A stretch of DNA of 64,000 nucleotides from Salinivirgaceae bacterium. Its GTDB lineage: Bacteria; Bacteroidota; Bacteroidia; Bacteroidales; SZUA-534. The position numbers and the translations under genes were made by a program. This document shows, piece after piece, positions 33,809 through 43,541 of the stretch; position 1 is the first letter of the stretch; each line of letters starts with the position of its first letter. The stretch lies in contig JAKSOL010000003.1 in assembly GCA_024405635.1 (NCBI GenBank), forward strand, positions 96,001-160,000, in the 5' to 3' direction. A model generated the notes under the pieces. It ran no database searches and was not told where the DNA came from. It saw only the letters and a program-made list of their open reading frames with translations.

Positions 33809-35116
33809 TTACAATTTGCTAGAACTGCTCAGAGCTAATTTTAGCTTGCTCTTAAGTTTCTTAATCTCGTCTTGTTGCGAAAGAACAGTTTTTTGTAGCT
33901 TTTCAATGTCTTGGCCTTCAATTTCGCCATACAATTCACGATTTACACGAATTGTAAAATCGCTTAGCACGTTCATGTAGTTGATAAATGCCTCGTATGG
34001 ATCTTTGTAAGGATTGAAGTATGCATGAACCTCACCATCGCTGAACCATTTGGTTGACATGTAGTAGAAGTGGTCGCTAGTTTGTAAATACTTCCAATCT
34101 TGAAGAATTTGAGGGTCTTTAATTTTTTCCATCTTTTCGGTCAAAGCATACAACTTGCTGAATGCCTCGTTTTGCATGCTATTACCTAACCAAGCGGTAA
34201 TGTCGCGTTCTTCATCGGCCCACGAAATAGGATAAGGAACATTAATGGCTGCAACTGGTTGAACTTTCTTAATAATTGATGATGGTGTCTCAAATTTGAA
34301 GTCAGTCATGTTGAGCACAGTTTCTGGCAAACGTTCAACAAAATTGAAAATTCCAGTTTCTGCGCTTTGGTGTTCACCAAATGTTTCGTAGTCCATAAAC
34401 AAGTTCACAACTTCCTCTTTGTTTGATATCTCATTGAGCCATGATGCGTATTTCTCAGGAGTAAGAGGATAGTTTTCCCAACCTTGGTTTGAGAATCGGA
34501 ACGAAATGTCGTCACTTAATACATAGTTGCGTAATAACAATTTTAGCTGAGGCTCAATTGCATTGTAGTATAAGAAATTTGGCGATTTCCAACCCAAAAT
34601 GTGTTTAGCACCCTCGGTAAGCATTCCTTTGAAACCCATTTTGTACACAGCAGCACCAATTTCGTCGGAGTATATAAGCTCGGTGTTTCGGAATACTTTT
34701 GGTTTGTAACCAAATAGCTCCTCAATTTTTGCTGTGTGGGCTTTTACTTGTTTGCTGAAAACCTCAAATGTGGTTTGCGATGCCAATGAGTGTGAATATG
34801 TTTCAGCAAGAAATTCAACTTGGCCAGTTTTTGCCAAACGTTGAAAACTCTCAATAACTTCTGGAGCATAAAGCTCAAATTGGTCAAGAGCAATACCTGT
34901 GATTGAAAATGTTACTTTGAAGTTCTTACCATGTTTTTCAATTAGGCGCAACAACAAGTCGTTAGCTGGCAAATAGCAGCGGTGAGCCACTTTTTGCATA
35001 ATTGATTCGTTGAGGTAATCGTCATAGTAATAATGGTTTTTACCCATATCAAAGAACGAGTAGTTACGGAACCGAAATGGTTGGTGAACTTGAAAGTATA
35101 AACACAAACTCTTCAT
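33809..35116 (-). CDS. Glycoside hydrolase family 57
   Basis: VHQPFR, RNTELIYS, MDYETFGEH, SWADEERD, QTSDHFYYM. Confidence 0.9.
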   Translation of the reverse strand: MKSLCLYFQVHQPFRFRNYSFFDMGKNHYYYDDYLNESIMQKVAHRCYLPANDLLLRLIEKHGKNFKVTFSITGIALDQFELYAPEVIESFQRLAKTGQVEFLAETYSHSLASQTTFEVFSKQVKAHTAKIEELFGYKPKVFRNTELIYSDEIGAAVYKMGFKGMLTEGAKHILGWKSPNFLYYNAIEPQLKLLLRNYVLSDDISFRFSNQGWENYPLTPEKYASWLNEISNKEEVVNLFMDYETFGEHQSAETGIFNFVERLPETVLNMTDFKFETPSSIIKKVQPVAAINVPYPISWADEERDITAWLGNSMQNEAFSKLYALTEKMEKIKDPQILQDWKYLQTSDHFYYMSTKWFSDGEVHAYFNPYKDPYEAFINYMNVLSDFTIRVNRELYGEIEGQDIEKLQKTVLSQQDEIKKLKSKLKLALSSSSKL

Positions 35117-35128
35117 GGCTTATATGTT

Positions 35129-36424
35129 TTAAATATTTTTTTCTGAAATAACTGAATTATACACTTTGTATACCTCTTTGGCTGATGCGCTCCAACGCAA
35201 GTTGTTTGCCTCGTTACGACCATTTTCGCTGATTGTTTGAGCCAACGATGGGTAGTTGAGTATTGCGTATATAGCGTTTGCCATTTTGTCGATATCCCAA
35301 AAGTCAATCTTAATAGCGTGCTTCAATATTTCGCTTACGCCCGATTGTTTTGAAATGATTACTGGCACACCAGACTGCATTGCCTCAAGTGGCGATATTC
35401 CGAAAGGCTCTGAAATTGATGGCATAATGTATAGGTCGCTATAGTTGAACATTTTGAACACTGCATTTCCTTTCAAGAATCCTGTGAAGTGAAATTTGTC
35501 CATAATACCCAAACTTGCAGCACGCTCTACCATTTTGTTCATCATGTCGCCGCTACCTGCCATAACAAAGCGAACATTGTCCATACGTTTTAAAACTTTG
35601 TATGCAGCTTCAACAAAGTATTCGGGACCTTTTTGTAAGGTAATGCGGCCAAGGAAAGTTACAACTTTCTCGTCCATGCCTTTTTTCTGTTTAACTAATG
35701 CTGCTTCGTTTGGCTCAACAGCATTGTAAACGGTTACAACTTTATCAGGCGATTGTCCGTATTTGTTAATAACAATGTCGCGAGTCAGATTACTTACAGT
35801 AATTGCACGATCTGCATTGTCAAGTCCTTCTTTTTCGATGCGGTAAACGGTTGGGTTTACGCTTCCTCCACTACGGTCAAAATCGGTTGCGTGTACGTGA
35901 ACAACCAATGGTTTGCCCGAAACGCGTTTTGCTGCAATTCCTGCTGGATATGCTAGCCAATCGTGTGCGTGGATAATGTCAAAGTCGTACATTTTGGCAA
36001 TTTGCTCGGCAACAAGACTATAGTAGTAAATCTCTGTGTAAAGAGAACTGCCATATTTACCAGTAAATGGAATGCAACCTTGCTCGTTTACCTCAACTAT
36101 GCGCGATTTGTTAGTTGTACTTTTGCTTACAAGTTCAAAATATTCCTCTGGAGTAGAGTAGGGTACAAGGTTAGAATCAACTTGCAAGTATTCAAGGTTA
36201 CTGACGTATGAGTCGTCAGTAAAACGAGTGATTTTAACTGGAATGTTGCCTGCACCAACAAGTTTTATGGCATCTTGTGGTTCGTCGCCATAGGCTTTTG
36301 GCACAACAAATATCACTTCCAAGTTAGGTATTTCAGACATTCCTTTGGTCAAACCATAGCATGCTGTTCCTAAACCACCAGAAATATGAGGTGGGAATTC
36401 CCAACCAAACATTAATACTCTCAT
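35129..36424 (-). CDS. Glycosyltransferase family 4 (glycogen cluster)
   Basis: MRVLMFGWEFPPHISGGLG, HAHDW, GRITLQKG, PSISEPFGISPLEA. Confidence 0.9.
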   Translation of the reverse strand: MRVLMFGWEFPPHISGGLGTACYGLTKGMSEIPNLEVIFVVPKAYGDEPQDAIKLVGAGNIPVKITRFTDDSYVSNLEYLQVDSNLVPYSTPEEYFELVSKSTTNKSRIVEVNEQGCIPFTGKYGSSLYTEIYYYSLVAEQIAKMYDFDIIHAHDWLAYPAGIAAKRVSGKPLVVHVHATDFDRSGGSVNPTVYRIEKEGLDNADRAITVSNLTRDIVINKYGQSPDKVVTVYNAVEPNEAALVKQKKGMDEKVVTFLGRITLQKGPEYFVEAAYKVLKRMDNVRFVMAGSGDMMNKMVERAASLGIMDKFHFTGFLKGNAVFKMFNYSDLYIMPSISEPFGISPLEAMQSGVPVIISKQSGVSEILKHAIKIDFWDIDKMANAIYAILNYPSLAQTISENGRNEANNLRWSASAKEVYKVYNSVISEKNI

Positions 36425-36425
36425 A

Positions 36426-38492
36426 CTATTTCTTTCCTTTCTTGGTTTCTTTCTTTTCGGTTGAAGCTTTTTTGCTTGTTGTTTTTGCTTCAGCTTTTGG
36501 TGCTACAACTTTTTTTGTTTTGGTTGTTTTTGCTACAATTTCATTTGCCTCTTGTATTGCAGCTGTGCTGTTAAGTTGGAATACTAATTTAAGCAAGCAA
36601 GCTGTATTCATTGCAAACGAAATGGCACCTTTTCCTTTGTATGGTGGGTCTCCATGATACAACTCTGAAACTGAGCAAATGCCCGCCATGGTCATTTCTT
36701 TTTCAAAATTGTCAACAAACTCGGCAATTTTTGCATTCAACATTCTTGGTTGAATTTTTGCCAAAGTGTCGATGTAGAACGACAATAACCAAGGCCAAAC
36801 TGAACCATTGTAGGCTGCATTTTCGCGGCGGTCTTGGTTGCCTTTGTATAGTGAAATGTATTGCGAGTCTGATGGCGAAAGTGAACGCATTCCGTAAGGG
36901 GTAAGTAATTGACTTTCGGCCAATCGAAATGCTTTCTTAATTTGGTCTTTTTCAAGTGGGCAATAGTCTAGCGCGCAAGCAATTACTTGGTTTGGTCTCA
37001 TTTGCCAATTTGCTCCATATTCGTTTACGTGGTCGGCAAGATAGCCTTTCTCTTCGCTCCAGAATATTTTGCTATAGTTTTCAAGCACTTTAACTGCTAT
37101 AGGTTCCCATGCTTTAATAAATGCGTGGTCTTTGTTTTCGTGACTCTTGGCTAGTGCGTATTCAATAGCATTGTACCATAGTGCATTGGTTTCAACAACA
37201 TAACCATTACGCGAAGTAACTGGGCGGCCACCAATCACAGCATTCATCCATGTGTTTGCTACGGTGTTGTGGTTGTTGTATATAAGTCCGTTGTCGTCAA
37301 CTTTAAAGTGATAGTTTTGAGTCAGGTAGCTATTAAGAATCTTTTTAACCTCTTTGCCGTATTGTTTCCAGATGTTTTCGGCTGGGAACATTTTTTCAAG
37401 TTGTTGGATGCACCAAATAAACCACAAAGCAATGTCTGATTGGAATTCGTAACTATCGGTGTTTGTGAATTCGCCCATTAGGCAACCATCGCTGTGCGAA
37501 AGTATTGTGGATAAAACGCTTTTGTAAATGGTAGGATTTTGCGATCCGTTGAGCAAACCTGGCAACGCAATTAATGCATCGCGAGTGCGTGCAGGTAACC
37601 ATGGGTATCCTGCTAATATGTGAGTTTGCTTACCATCGGTCATAAAGAACTGTGATGCACTATTTATCAAGAAGTTGGTAAAACTGTTGCGAGGTACGCG
37701 GTTCTTTATCTCGTTGCTAAATTTGGTTTTAAGCGTTTGTGGATTAGCCTCGTTCAAACCAGCTGATATAATAATGCTTTCTCCTTTTTTGATTGATGTC
37801 TCAAAGTATCCAGGAACAAACAAGTCTTCCTTGAAATCGTAACCGCGACTTTGTTCTTTCATGTACTCAATGTTGTAGTACCAATCAGGTGCAGGAACAA
37901 ATTCACATTTTTTTGAACTTTGAATGTATAGGTCTGGGTATGGACTATACAAACGAGCTGAAATGCCGTTTTCTACTTCGCGAACCTTTGTGTTAGCATC
38001 CATATTGGCTTTGCTCAGCGCGTGTATGTTGCGGAATGCCAAAAATGGTTTGAAACGAATTTTAGTTTCGCTATGAGCATCAAGCAATGTGTATTTGATG
38101 AGAATACGTGGCTCGTTGTAAACCAAAATCTTTTCTTTCGAAATCAATACGCCACCCACGCGATAAACCAAAGTTGGAATAGGGTTGCTTTTGAAATCGG
38201 TTATGTACTTGTGCCCTTTTGGCTCGTAGTTGTCTCCTTCGTATTTGTGCAATCCAAGGTTGAATTCACAATCGTGTTGAATGATTGTTTCGTCAAGACT
38301 TGATAATAGTACGTGGCGGCCTCCGTCAAGTGCGGGGAGTGGGGTTACCAACAATCCGTGATACTTGCGGGTGTTGCAGCCAATAACTGTAGTGCACGAG
38401 TAGGAGCCTGCTCGGTTGGTTCGCAAAACCTCTTTCTTTAGAGATTTTTCAAGGTTGACCAGTTCTTTCTTGTTGAATTCCAAAGAGTTCAT
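36426..38492 (-). CDS. Glycogen debranching enzyme / amylo-alpha-1,6-glucosidase-like
   Basis: NTRKYHGLL N-domain, AGYPW, ETNALWYNA, MRPNQ, LTPYGMRSLSP, YNGSVWPW. Lys-rich C-terminal tail. Confidence 0.88.
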   Translation of the reverse strand: MNSLEFNKKELVNLEKSLKKEVLRTNRAGSYSCTTVIGCNTRKYHGLLVTPLPALDGGRHVLLSSLDETIIQHDCEFNLGLHKYEGDNYEPKGHKYITDFKSNPIPTLVYRVGGVLISKEKILVYNEPRILIKYTLLDAHSETKIRFKPFLAFRNIHALSKANMDANTKVREVENGISARLYSPYPDLYIQSSKKCEFVPAPDWYYNIEYMKEQSRGYDFKEDLFVPGYFETSIKKGESIIISAGLNEANPQTLKTKFSNEIKNRVPRNSFTNFLINSASQFFMTDGKQTHILAGYPWLPARTRDALIALPGLLNGSQNPTIYKSVLSTILSHSDGCLMGEFTNTDSYEFQSDIALWFIWCIQQLEKMFPAENIWKQYGKEVKKILNSYLTQNYHFKVDDNGLIYNNHNTVANTWMNAVIGGRPVTSRNGYVVETNALWYNAIEYALAKSHENKDHAFIKAWEPIAVKVLENYSKIFWSEEKGYLADHVNEYGANWQMRPNQVIACALDYCPLEKDQIKKAFRLAESQLLTPYGMRSLSPSDSQYISLYKGNQDRRENAAYNGSVWPWLLSFYIDTLAKIQPRMLNAKIAEFVDNFEKEMTMAGICSVSELYHGDPPYKGKGAISFAMNTACLLKLVFQLNSTAAIQEANEIVAKTTKTKKVVAPKAEAKTTSKKASTEKKETKKGKK

Positions 38493-38773
38493 TTTATATA
38501 GTCTTATGAACAGTTACTTTTTTTACAAATGCAAAGAAACAAAAAAAACAGTCAAGGATTTTTTCGTCTCGTCAATATTCTTGTTAAGTTTTTGCTCAAT
38601 TGTAAATATACGATTGCCAAATCTTTGCAAGTGCTTACGGAAACGTTTGTGTATTTTTTTTGTGTACAAAATATGTGCTTTTGGCAAAATAATCGTTTGG
38701 TTATGTTTTAAAATGAAAGTAGCCCAAAAGATTTTATCTATTGGGCTACCTGCTTCTTTATGTCGTGTTAATG

Positions 38774-39814
38774 CTAGTTCTCTTTGTTAATCAATTTGTT
38801 GTAAACATTGATTTTTGCTTGGTTGCGTAGTTTTTCTTGCAATTGTTTTGTTGGTAATTTTTTCTTTGCTGATAATTTTTTCGTAGGAGTTAGATTGTTT
38901 GTTGCTCGTGCGTAATCAAATTCATAGTCTAGCTCGTATGCAACTGTATTGTCGTCGTTTAATTCAATGTCCCAATCGTAGCTATTTGATTCGTTCAATG
39001 GTCCACTTTCATCAATGCCTGTAGTTTTGTATGAGTATTTCATTGGGAGTTTACTTGTTCCCTTTCCAATTAATCCAACCATTTGTAATTCAGTTAGATA
39101 ATATATGTTACATATCTCGTTTAGTGCAAATGTGTTTTGATAAAGAGGATTTTGACCATTGTATGTTAGTGTTGCGGTTCTTTTTGTTTTGTATTTGCCG
39201 TTGGTTGCTTCTGATGTTGACGAAACTGCACAACCGTTTTCCCAGTTGATATTTGTATTGATGGTTATGGTTTCGTTTTGTGTTACTCCCATATATGAAC
39301 CGCTAATTTTGTATTTTTCTACAATAGCTACAAGGTTTTTGTTGCTGTTGTATGAAAGACTATAATTGTCTGATATAGTTGCAGTTATCTTTTCTCCATG
39401 GTATTCTTCAACTATTTTTTCTTCTATTGTTATTTTGCTTAAAAATCCATTGCTGTTAAACTCTGGCAATACTTTAATTGTAGATATGTCTGTGTCTTCT
39501 TCGTCGTATATGTCTTCAACAACGCTGATTTTTGTTTTGTTGCCCGAATAATTGAATTTGCCAATAAAGATAGTTTCGCTCATTGTTGAAGCCCAAAATT
39601 CGTCAAGTGAGCCATCGTTGTTGTAATAGTAATTAGCGTAATTGTAGTCGTCTTCGTAGTTGTATATGTTTAATAGCAAATTGTTACCCAAATTAACATT
39701 ATTGCTAATCTGGTTTCTAATTTCAGATGCATCAATTGTGTTTGAATCTTCTTTGTTGCATGCTGCAAATAGCATTGCAAAAGCAACTAATAACAAAGTT
39801 TTTTTTGTTCCCAT
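38774..39814 (-). CDS. Hypothetical beta-rich lipoprotein
   Basis: Lipobox FAAC followed by NKEDS (acidic surface-export-like signal). Tyr/Asn-rich beta repeats. Confidence 0.65.
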   Translation of the reverse strand: MGTKKTLLLVAFAMLFAACNKEDSNTIDASEIRNQISNNVNLGNNLLLNIYNYEDDYNYANYYYNNDGSLDEFWASTMSETIFIGKFNYSGNKTKISVVEDIYDEEDTDISTIKVLPEFNSNGFLSKITIEEKIVEEYHGEKITATISDNYSLSYNSNKNLVAIVEKYKISGSYMGVTQNETITINTNINWENGCAVSSTSEATNGKYKTKRTATLTYNGQNPLYQNTFALNEICNIYYLTELQMVGLIGKGTSKLPMKYSYKTTGIDESGPLNESNSYDWDIELNDDNTVAYELDYEFDYARATNNLTPTKKLSAKKKLPTKQLQEKLRNQAKINVYNKLINKEN

Positions 39815-39845
39815 TTTATTGCTTGTACTAGAGGTTTAACGTGTT

Positions 39846-41279
39846 TTATTTTTTGTCTTTTGGACCGCTTGATCCAACCATTATATTCATGCCAAATGCC
39901 ATGCTAAAGTTGTTGAAGCTATAAGGCGCGTTTATTTTCGATATTGATTTGGTTTCAGATTCAGGCAAAATGTATGAGCGATAGGTTAGCGGAATGTTAT
40001 CTATTACTGTATATAGTTGCAAAACTTTTAGGTTTATTGACATTCCCATACTTGCGGTAAGTGCACCTTTTATGCTATAGTTGAATCCTGTTGTGGCCGA
40101 AAACCAATCGTGACGTGGATTAAAGTTTGCTGAAACACTGAATTGTTGGTCGATGCTTGGTTTGGAGAATTTTGTTGCAGATAAAATACCAACGCTAAAA
40201 CATCTGCATGGTTTATATTCAGAACCAATAAGCAACGATGGTGTGAGGGCGGTTGCGTATGTTTTGTGCCCGGGTTTGGGTTTTATTTGTGTTTGAATTG
40301 AGTCGGCAATGTTTTCAAATGAATTAACCACGTTGTCGCGAATATCGTTGAGTGAACTTGTTTCGCAGTGGATACCTGTGTAGGTGTATTTGCCTTTCAT
40401 TGTTATGTTGTTGGTTTGTCGCGCCCACACTACAAAACCAATATTGTTTAGTGCTGCCGATATGCTTAGTTTTTCGTTTATATCGTATTGGGTACCAAAA
40501 TCGAATCCCCAACCAGGATTTCGCAAGCTAGGAATGAATGATTTTACACTACTATTAATGGTAATGCTATCAATTAATGCCATTTCGCCGTTTTCGTCGG
40601 TAATGTCAATAGGTAGGGCAACGTCAACTTTTCCATCAAGTTTAAGTTCCCATTTGTCTTTGCTAGTGTATAAGTCGAGTTGGTTAAACTTGGTTCTAAT
40701 ATCGGTTATACCCAAAATTTGTTTTGCGCGCACGCCTGCGGTCAAGTTGTCGGTTAGTTTTGCCGATAATGCAGCCGAAAGGTCTGTGTAAATCAAAGTG
40801 TTGAATCGAAGATCTTTGAAGCTAAGGTTTGATCCGTCGGGTAGGCCGCGGTCTATTAACTTAAATGCGTCGGAGGGAATGTTTGAGCGTAGGTCGATGT
40901 GTGCGTCATACGAAATGGTGATGTATGCTTTGCCTAGTCGAAAACCTCCGCTTAACAAACTTGTGCTAAAGTCGTTGTTTAGACTAAAACCATGTTTGTA
41001 TTTGCTGTATAGTTGATTGTATTCGAATTCTTTTTGTAAAAAAGTGTAGGTTAATCCATTTTTTTCTTGGAACAGGTTTTTTACATTGAAATTGGTGTGT
41101 AGGTTTTCGTAAAAATTAAGAACAGGAATTCCAACAAATATATTTGTGCGAGGTTGTAGTGCTGGATTGAGTTTTGTGCTTTGTGGCACATTCTCCATAA
41201 AATATAGCGATGTTGATGTTTGAGCTATTGCCCCAAAAAACAACGATGCGAACAATATTGAAAGAACTATTTTTTTCAT
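39846..41279 (-). CDS. DUF5723-like outer-membrane beta-barrel protein
   Basis: SLYFMENVPQSTKLNPALQP N-terminus, GWGFDFG, SAALNNIGFVVW, amphipathic strands. Confidence 0.7.
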   Translation of the reverse strand: MKKIVLSILFASLFFGAIAQTSTSLYFMENVPQSTKLNPALQPRTNIFVGIPVLNFYENLHTNFNVKNLFQEKNGLTYTFLQKEFEYNQLYSKYKHGFSLNNDFSTSLLSGGFRLGKAYITISYDAHIDLRSNIPSDAFKLIDRGLPDGSNLSFKDLRFNTLIYTDLSAALSAKLTDNLTAGVRAKQILGITDIRTKFNQLDLYTSKDKWELKLDGKVDVALPIDITDENGEMALIDSITINSSVKSFIPSLRNPGWGFDFGTQYDINEKLSISAALNNIGFVVWARQTNNITMKGKYTYTGIHCETSSLNDIRDNVVNSFENIADSIQTQIKPKPGHKTYATALTPSLLIGSEYKPCRCFSVGILSATKFSKPSIDQQFSVSANFNPRHDWFSATTGFNYSIKGALTASMGMSINLKVLQLYTVIDNIPLTYRSYILPESETKSISKINAPYSFNNFSMAFGMNIMVGSSGPKDKK

Positions 41280-41282
41280 TGT

Positions 41283-42899
41283 TTATTGGTTTATTAGGTT
41301 AGAGTTACTTTTTGCTTCAACGGCCATACTTATATTTAAATAGTAGTCTTTGTACAAAGGAATGAAGTTGTTGCCAGCGGTTTCGCTTGTTGTGGCTCTC
41401 GATTTTAACACAATATGTGTAACATTTGAGTTTAGACACTTTGTGGCTCGAGGGTTGTCAAGTGCAATGTTGAATGTGTTGTGGGCTGGTTGGTTGGCTA
41501 TCATATTGTTGTTTAGTTTGCAGCCTTTCCAAAGCGGGGCGGATGTGTTCATTAGCGAGTCAACAATTTTACCATCTTCAGACATAAGGTAAGCTTGTGA
41601 GTACACATCAAGTGGAATTAGGTTTTCGGTGTTGAATACAAATATTAGCGAGTCAATGGCTTCTATTGTACTATTGCTTAATTGCGACGATAGGTTAAAG
41701 TTGATGGTATCGAAACGCAGTAAATGGTTTATTCTTAAATATATGGGAACGTTTACTTCGCTCACTACACTCATTTTGTTGGTTTTGGTTATAAAGTTTT
41801 CGTCTTTTTCGCCGTCGGGATTGGTTTCAATGTTAATTGTGTGAGAAAAATGGTTTGGAAAAAGGTTAATAACTTGCTGTATGGTTGAGTTTGTTGAGTC
41901 GAATGTAAATTTGTTGTGCTTTGGCTCAAGGTTGTTCAAACTTAAGTTTGTTGAGTAAGGTATTTGTTCAATTTTAAGCGAATTGTCAATGTTGAATACC
42001 AACGGGGTGGAATCGTCTTTACAATGAAAATGCATGTCGGTTACGCTTACCTTGTATGGTATGCCGGTGTGGTTTAGTACATCAATATTTACACAAGCCC
42101 CAGCAAATTCAATTTCGTTAGGAATGTCGTAGTCTTTAAAAAATACTATTGAGCGATTGTTTTTTTGCGATAGTACAATGTTTTTACCCAAGTAGCCGTA
42201 TGCAACTTGTGGAATTAGTTTTTCGGCAACAAGGTTAAAGTTAAATTGTTGTGTTTCGTTAGAAAGGGCGGTACCTTTTATTGTAACGTTAATAGAGATG
42301 CTACTGCCGCTGCTTGTAATATCGGGGTAAATTGTGTAGCCAGTTAAGTTGGCTTGTGACGAGTAACCATCGGTTAAAGGCCATGATAGGGTGAAAGGCT
42401 CGCCATTGCGGCGAATGTTTTTTATTTCTAGTATTCCGTTTCCACTTATTTGTAGAGAAGAAATGTTTAAGACGATGGGCATGCTGTCAATAACTATTGA
42501 ATCGATGCGCTGATTGTTGTCGGTTGTAATTGCTTGGGTAATAGTAAACGACAAGTCGGCATCTTTGCCTTTTACAAGCGACACGCTATTGTTTTGTTTG
42601 CAACTAATGTTGTTTAAGTCCAAAACTTGTTCCCAACCAATTTCGCTAGTGTCGCGGTAATACACATGTAGCAAACCATTGTTGTTTGCACGTAAAACGC
42701 TACTGCTGTCTTTTGCAAAATGATTGAACAAAGCATTTACGTCGAGTTGAGTTGTGAATATTGGCGCGGCAATTTCAAGCGGGCGCGAGTATTCGTTGTA
42801 ACCAGGAGCTAGAATGGCATCGTCTTTATGGCAACTATGCATAAGCAAACAAGTTGCTGGCAATGCAATCATCAGTTTTAGTATGTTATGTTTATTCAT
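41283..42899 (-). CDS. Hypothetical lipoprotein
   Basis: Lipobox MHSC then HKDD. Beta-rich, with IAAPI, NHTGIP and ENLIPL repeats. Confidence 0.65.
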   Translation of the reverse strand: MNKHNILKLMIALPATCLLMHSCHKDDAILAPGYNEYSRPLEIAAPIFTTQLDVNALFNHFAKDSSSVLRANNNGLLHVYYRDTSEIGWEQVLDLNNISCKQNNSVSLVKGKDADLSFTITQAITTDNNQRIDSIVIDSMPIVLNISSLQISGNGILEIKNIRRNGEPFTLSWPLTDGYSSQANLTGYTIYPDITSSGSSISINVTIKGTALSNETQQFNFNLVAEKLIPQVAYGYLGKNIVLSQKNNRSIVFFKDYDIPNEIEFAGACVNIDVLNHTGIPYKVSVTDMHFHCKDDSTPLVFNIDNSLKIEQIPYSTNLSLNNLEPKHNKFTFDSTNSTIQQVINLFPNHFSHTINIETNPDGEKDENFITKTNKMSVVSEVNVPIYLRINHLLRFDTINFNLSSQLSNSTIEAIDSLIFVFNTENLIPLDVYSQAYLMSEDGKIVDSLMNTSAPLWKGCKLNNNMIANQPAHNTFNIALDNPRATKCLNSNVTHIVLKSRATTSETAGNNFIPLYKDYYLNISMAVEAKSNSNLINQ

Positions 42900-43207
42900 T
42901 TGACAATTTGTTATTTATGGTAAATAGTAATTGTTGTTCTTTCTTAAAATACAATTTACAAAAATAACTAAAGTATAGATATTGTAAATGATGTTTTGAT
43001 AGACGATAAAATATGAAGAGAGGTTGCTTGGGGTTACTAATAATAATGGTAGCCGCAATTAAATATTCCGAAACCTGAAAGCAATTTTAAAACAACTCAG
43101 AAAAAATAGTGTCGATTATTTGTTTGATATTCATGTGGTTGGCGATGTTGAATGAAAAAATGTTGAATTTTTTTAACTATAACACTTGCAGATAACCAAA
43201 AAAGCAC

Positions 43208-43215
43208 TACTTTTG
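43208..43215 (+). promoter_or_regulatory. -7 promoter element for tRNA-Asp
   Basis: TACTTTTG, with a TTG-containing -33 region near 43186. Confidence 0.6.
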
Positions 43216-43250
43216 CATCGCTTTTGAGACATAAAGCAAGTTCTAAAAAT

Positions 43251-43324
43251 GGTGCGGTAGTTCAGTTGGTTAGAATATCGGCCTGTCACGCCGGGGGTCG
43301 CGAGTTCGAGTCTCGTCCGCACCG
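43251..43324 (+). tRNA. tRNA-Asp(GTC)
   Basis: Acceptor GGTGCGG/CCGCACC, D-arm AGTTGGTTAGA, anticodon loop CTGTCAC, T-loop GTTCGAG. CCA not encoded. Confidence 0.97.
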
Positions 43325-43326
43325 CA

Positions 43327-43358
43327 AAGCACTCAAGCAATTGGGTGCTTTTTTTTTG
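43327..43358 (+). terminator. Terminator after tRNA-Asp
   Basis: aagcactcaa-gcaa-ttgggtgctt followed by a long T-run. Confidence 0.85.
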
Positions 43359-43541
43359 CTCACACTTTTCGTGGTGCGTGCTATTTTTTTTGCCGTTTGC
43401 TTTTTTGTAAATTGTTGTTTTGCTGAAGATTACAATGTGTTTACAATTAACGATAATTACTTTTTATAAAGTTATTCACTACACATATTTGCTACTGTCA
43501 TTTATCTAAATTTGCCAATTATTATTTAAAAACGAATTGTT

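Noticed and set aside
43224-43469. 81-aa ORF
   Set aside because: It overlaps tRNA-Asp and its terminator, so it is spurious.
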